DNA of 64,000 bases from Eledone cirrhosa (lineage: Eukaryota), in contig CAXHJY010001612.1 of the NCBI GenBank assembly GCA_964016885.1, forward strand, positions 29,788 through 93,787, written 5' to 3'. Each line of letters starts with the position of its first letter. The stretch's first letter is position 1. Shown piece by piece: positions 57,751 to 64,000 of this stretch. Under the pieces are notes generated by a model that had not been told where the DNA came from, searched no databases, and saw only the letters and a list, made by a program, of their open reading frames with translations. A program made the position numbers and the translations under genes.

Positions 57751-59221
57751 TGAATATAGACATAGAATATTCGAAAATATTCTGTATGTTTATAATAAAC
57801 ATTTTGAAGACCTAATCGCTATAGAATAGAATACGTCACGTATTACAATTAGATTCTCGATAAAAGCAAGGGAAGTAATCTACGCGTTTCATTCTTGTTA
57901 GAAATCATCAGGACTACATATCTAGTGCTTTTATCGAGAATGACACAGCTAGAGACTTATAGAATACTTAGCTGTGTACAGGAACTGGTTTGAAAGAGCG
58001 GTTGCCGGTCCGGCAGAAATTAGAAATTGGAATAAATGCTCTGAAATAGCGATATATATGTGAATATAGACATAGAATATTCGAAAATATTCTGTATGTT
58101 TATAATAAACATTTTGAAGACCTAATCGCTATAGAATAGAATACGTCACGTATTACAATTAGATTCTCGATAAAAGCAAGGGAAGTAATCTACGCGTTTC
58201 ATTCTTGTTAGAAATCATCAGGACTACATATCTAGTGCTTTTATCGAGAATGACACAGCTAGAGACTTATAGAATACTTAGCTGTGTACAGGAACTGGTT
58301 TGAAAGAGCGGTTGCCGGTCCGGCAGAAATTAGAAATTGGAATAAATGCTCTGAAATAGCGATATATATGTGAATATAGACATAGAATATTCGAAAATAT
58401 TCTGTATGTTTATAATAAACATTTTGAAGACCTAATCGCTATAGAATAGAATACGTCACGTATTACAATTAGATTCTCGATAAAAGCAAGGGAAGTAATC
58501 TACGCGTTTCATTCTTGTTAGAAATCATCAGGACTACATATCTAGTGCTTTTATCGAGAATGACACAGCTAGAGACTTATAGAATACTTAGCTGTGTACA
58601 GGAACTGGTTTGAAAGAGCGGTTGCCGGTCCGGCAGAAATTAGAAATTGGAATAAATGCTCTGAAATAGCGATATATATGTGAATATAGACATAGAATAT
58701 TCGAAAATATTCTGTATGTTTATAATAAACATTTTGAAGACCTAATCGCTATAGAATAGAATACGTCACGTATTACAATTAGATTCTCGATAAAAGCAAG
58801 GGAAGTAATCTACGCGTTTCATTCTTGTTAGAAATCATCAGGACTACATATCTAGTGCTTTTATCGAGAATGACACAGCTAGAGACTTATAGAATACTTA
58901 GCTGTGTACAGGAACTGGTTTGAAAGAGCGGTTGCCGGTCCGGCAGAAATTAGAAATTGGAATAAATGCTCTGAAATAGCGATATATATGTGAATATAGA
59001 CATAGAATATTCGAAAATATTCTGTATGTTTATAATAAACATTTTGAAGACCTAATCGCTATAGAATAGAATACGTCACGTATTACAATTAGATTCTCGA
59101 TAAAAGCAAGGGAAGTAATCTACGCGTTTCATTCTTGTTAGAAATCATCAGGACTACATATCTAGTGCTTTTATCAAGAATGACACAGCTAGAGACTTAT
59201 AGAATACTTAGCTGTGTACAG
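57751..59221 (-). mobile_element. 310-bp tandem array (4.75 units), one hammerhead per unit: non-LTR retrozyme-like
   Basis: TGAATATAGA starts at 57751, 58061, 58371, 58681 and 58991. The units look identical except G>A at 59176. Confidence 0.85.
57853..57941 (-). ncRNA. Type I hammerhead of array unit 1 (further copies 58163-58251, 58473-58561, 58783-58871, 59093-59181)
   Basis: ATTCTCGATAAAAGCA ctagatat GTAGTC-CTGATGA-T TTCT aaca AGAA T-GAAA-CGCG-TA-GATTAC ttccct TGCTTTTATCGAGAAT. Predicted cut between 57881 and 57880. Confidence 0.87.
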
Positions 59222-59227
59222 TTCCTG

Positions 59228-59422
59228 TATACATATACATATACATATATGTATATACATATACATATGTATATACATATACATATATATATATACATAT
59301 ACATATGTATATACATATACATATATATATATACATATACATATGTATATACATATACATATATATATACGTATATATATAGATACATACATATATATAT
59401 ATACATACATATATATACATAG

Positions 59423-59453
<31 letters not shown>

Positions 59454-59525
59454 CATACATATACATACATATATATACATACATACATACATATACATAC
59501 ATATATATACATACATACATACATA

Positions 59526-59575
<50 letters not shown>

Positions 59576-59773
59576 CATATATATAGATACATACATATAT
59601 ATACATACATACATATATATATATAGATACATACATATATATATATACATACATATAGATATATACATACATATATATATATACATACATATATATATAT
59701 ACATATATATATATACATACATATATATATATACATACATATATATATATATATACATACATATATATACATA

Positions 59774-59813
<40 letters not shown>

Positions 59814-59888
59814 CATATATATATATATACATATATATATACATATATATATATATACATATATATATATACATGTATATATATATAC

Positions 59889-59919
<31 letters not shown>

Positions 59920-60312
59920 CATATATATATATACATATATATATATATACATATATATATATACATATATATATATACATATATATATACATATATATAT
60001 ATACATATATATATATATACATGTATATATATATACATATATATATATACATATATATATATATATGTATATATATATACATATATATATATACATATAT
60101 ATATATACATATATATATATACATATATATATATACATATATATATATATACATATATATATATACATGTATATATATATACATATATATATATACATGT
60201 ATATATATATATACATATATATATATACACATATATATATATATACATATATATATATACATATATATACATATATATATATACATATATATATATACAT
60301 ATATATATATAC

Positions 60313-60343
<31 letters not shown>

Positions 60344-60386
60344 CATATATATATATACATATATATATATACATATATATATATAC

Positions 60387-60417
<31 letters not shown>

Positions 60418-60572
60418 CATATATATATATACATATATATATATACATATATATATATACATATATATATATACATATATATATATATACTTATATATAC
60501 ATATATATATATACATATATATATATACATATATATATATATACATATATATATATACATATATATATATAC

Positions 60573-60635
<63 letters not shown>

Positions 60636-60854
60636 CATATATATACATATATACATATATATATATATATACATATATACATATATATATATATATACAT
60701 ATATACATATATACATATACATATATATATACATATATATACATATACATATATATATATATATATACATATATATACATATATACATATATATACATAT
60801 ATATATATATATACATATATACATATATATATATACATATATATACATATATAC

Positions 60855-60891
<37 letters not shown>

Positions 60892-61535
60892 TATACATAC
60901 ATATATATACATATATACATATATATACATATATATACATATACATATATACATATACATATATATATATATACATATATATATATACATATATATATAT
61001 ACATATATACATATACATATATACATATACATATATACATATATACATATACATATATACATATATATATATACATATATATATATACATATATATATAT
61101 ACATATACATATATACATATACATATATATATATACATATATATATATACATATATATACATATATATATATACATATATATATATACATATATATATAT
61201 ACATATATACATAATATATATATACATATATACATATATATATATACATATATACATATACATATATACATATATATATATATACATATATACATATATA
61301 TATATACATATATACATATATACATATATATATATACATATATATATATACATATATACATATATATATATACATATATATATATACATATATATATATA
61401 CATATATACATATATATATATATACATATAAACATATATATATATACATATACATATATACATATATACATATATACATATATATATATATACATATATA
61501 TATATACATATATATATATACATATATATATATAC

Positions 61536-61578
<43 letters not shown>

Positions 61579-61645
61579 TATATACATATATATATACATA
61601 TATATATACATATATATATACATATATATATACATATATATATAC

Positions 61646-61716
<71 letters not shown>

Positions 61717-61896
61717 CATATATACATATATATATACATATATATATACAATATATATATACATATATATATATACATATATATACATATATATATATAC
61801 ATATATACATATATATATACATATATATACATATATATATATACATATATATACATATATATATATACATATATATATATATACATATATATATAC

Positions 61897-61929
<33 letters not shown>

Positions 61930-62124
61930 CATATATACATATATATATACATATATATATATACATATATACATATATATATACATATATATATACATAT
62001 ATATATATACATATATATATACATATATATACATATATATACATATATATATACATATATATATACATATATATATATACATATATATATATACATATAT
62101 ATATATATACATATATATATATAC

Positions 62125-62169
<45 letters not shown>

Positions 62170-62279
62170 CATATATATATATACATATATATATATACAT
62201 ATATATATATATACATATATACATATTTATATATACATATATATATATTACATATATATATATACATATATATATATAC

Positions 62280-62312
<33 letters not shown>

Positions 62313-62343
62313 CATATATATGTACATATATATATATATGTAC

Positions 62344-62394
<51 letters not shown>

Positions 62395-62459
62395 CATATA
62401 TATATATACATATATATATATACATATATACATATATATATATACATATATATATATAC

Positions 62460-62506
<47 letters not shown>

Positions 62507-62550
62507 CATATATATATATACATATATATATATACACATATATATATATA
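59228..62550. repeat. (TA)nCA microsatellite field
   Basis: Direct reading. Confidence 0.97.
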
Positions 62551-62668
62551 TTTGCCGCTACTCTCTACGCTATAGAATATGTACGGATAGTGGCTGCAAA
62601 TTCACCCATTTACCTAGGACAAAACGATCTATCCCCACAAACAGCCACCACCATAATACATACTCTAA

Positions 62669-64000
62669 TTTAACACCAACACAACCACCAATAACTCAAA
62701 CAAGGAATCCACTCAAAAATGGAAGATCAAATTCCTGGAGGACTGGATTGATGTCCATCCAAACCACATCCCTTTCTTCGTCCTCACTGAAACCCATCTC
62801 AGTAACCTCCACTTGGAAGCCGAGGTGAAAGTGAAAAATTTCAAAGCCATCCGTGCTGATCGCGCTGGCAGAAGAAAGGGCGGAACTGCCATTTATGTCC
62901 ATAATTCTTTCTCAACAGAGGCTATGAACATATTCACTAATGGATACTGTGAGGCAGTCACTGTATTCAGTCAAACCAACAACCTATTAGTAGTTGGGCT
63001 CTATAGGCCACCCCAAACGCCTGTACCATGCTTCAAGGAATGCCTCAACAGCATAAAGTGTTTCATCCAAGAGTGTCACCCTGACAACATCTTAATGATG
63101 GGGGACTTCAACCTCCCCGGAGTTGATTGGTCCACAAACAGCCTGCCACCAGGTTCTTCTGCCTCAACCTCTGACAGGGAAGATGTGGAATCGCTTCTTG
63201 ACTTCATGGATGATTTCTTCCTATCCCAACTGGTGCTCGAACCAACGAGGTGCCACAAAAACGTCCCAGACTTAATTTTCAGCAATCACACTGACAATAT
63301 CCACAATATTGCAGTGGAGAAAACTCTACTCTCTGATCATGACATGGTTCTCTGTGATCTGAGATTGCACCGTCCAATATACAAACCCAATGTCATCTCT
63401 CCTGTCCATCCGTTTGACGCTATGGATTTCCACAATGCAAACTGGGAAGCGATCAGTCATGATCTTGCACATGTCGACTGGTCCTTCACGCACACTCATA
63501 CACCCACTAACATCAAAAAGTCCTGGCAGACATTTGTGGACACTGTTACAAACATATGTGCTAAACACACCCCATTAAGAACTATAAACAAATCTAAGAG
63601 CAGAATCCCTAGAAATAGAAAAACGCTCATCAGAAAAATTAAGAGAACGAACAAAAATATCAACAAGCTGAAATACTGTCAGCAGCAACACATCAACTTA
63701 ACTGCCATTTCATCACTAGAGATTAAAAAACATAACCTCCAAAACAACATAATGTCCCTCATCAACAATCAGAGAAGAGCTGAGGAGGCCTGGGCCATTG
63801 AGAAGATCAAACTCAATCCCAAAGTGTTCTTTTCATTTGCAAATAAACACAAAATCACTGGCTCTACTGTTGGCCCTCTAATTGATGAAAATGGCACTCT
63901 TCAAGACAATGCTAAAACCATGGGTGAGATACTGCAGAAACAATACTGCTCTGTTTTCAGCAATCCTGATATGGCCGATCTGGGCTGTATCGGCGATGTT
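62669..64000 (+). CDS. LINE ORF2 N-terminus (CR1-like APE endonuclease and linker), runs off the window; start codon not defined
   Basis: Manual translation of the frame open after TAA 62666-62668: [70 protein letters not shown]. It is absent from the ORF track, presumably because no stop falls inside the window. Confidence 0.85.

Noticed and set aside
57751-59221. CRISPR array or plain satellite
   Set aside because: There are no unique spacers, the context is eukaryotic and no cas genes are present. The per-unit ribozyme argues against an inert satellite.

Overview
Eukaryotic, repeat-dominated window with no recognisable host gene. Roughly half of it is (TA)n/(TA)nTG/(TA)nCA microsatellite, and nearly all YIYI/HTHT/CVCV ORFs in the track are artefacts of that. 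The repeat content looks cephalopod (Octopus-like), which is an inference only. Real coding sequence is all retroelement: an intact RTE-clade LINE ORF (16976-20521, APE+RT+three C2H2 fingers), a 5'-truncated Penelope-like element (PLE) with RT+GIY-YIG between ~425-bp inverted pLTRs (21283-25270), a decayed second PLE (10578-11340), an RTE 3' fragment, and the start of a CR1-like ORF2 running off the right edge. Several tRNA-derived SINEs are also present. The main unannotated signal is RNA structure: I folded by eye about 17 type I hammerhead ribozyme motifs from at least six sequence families, plus degenerate copies. Five of them sit one per unit in a near-perfect 310-bp tandem array (57751-59221, minus strand) that has the architecture of a non-LTR retrozyme able to yield a 310-nt circular RNA. 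Many of these hammerheads share a non-canonical U after A9 (a U.U pair at 10.1-11.1, or an extra U). All folds are manual and no activity is shown.
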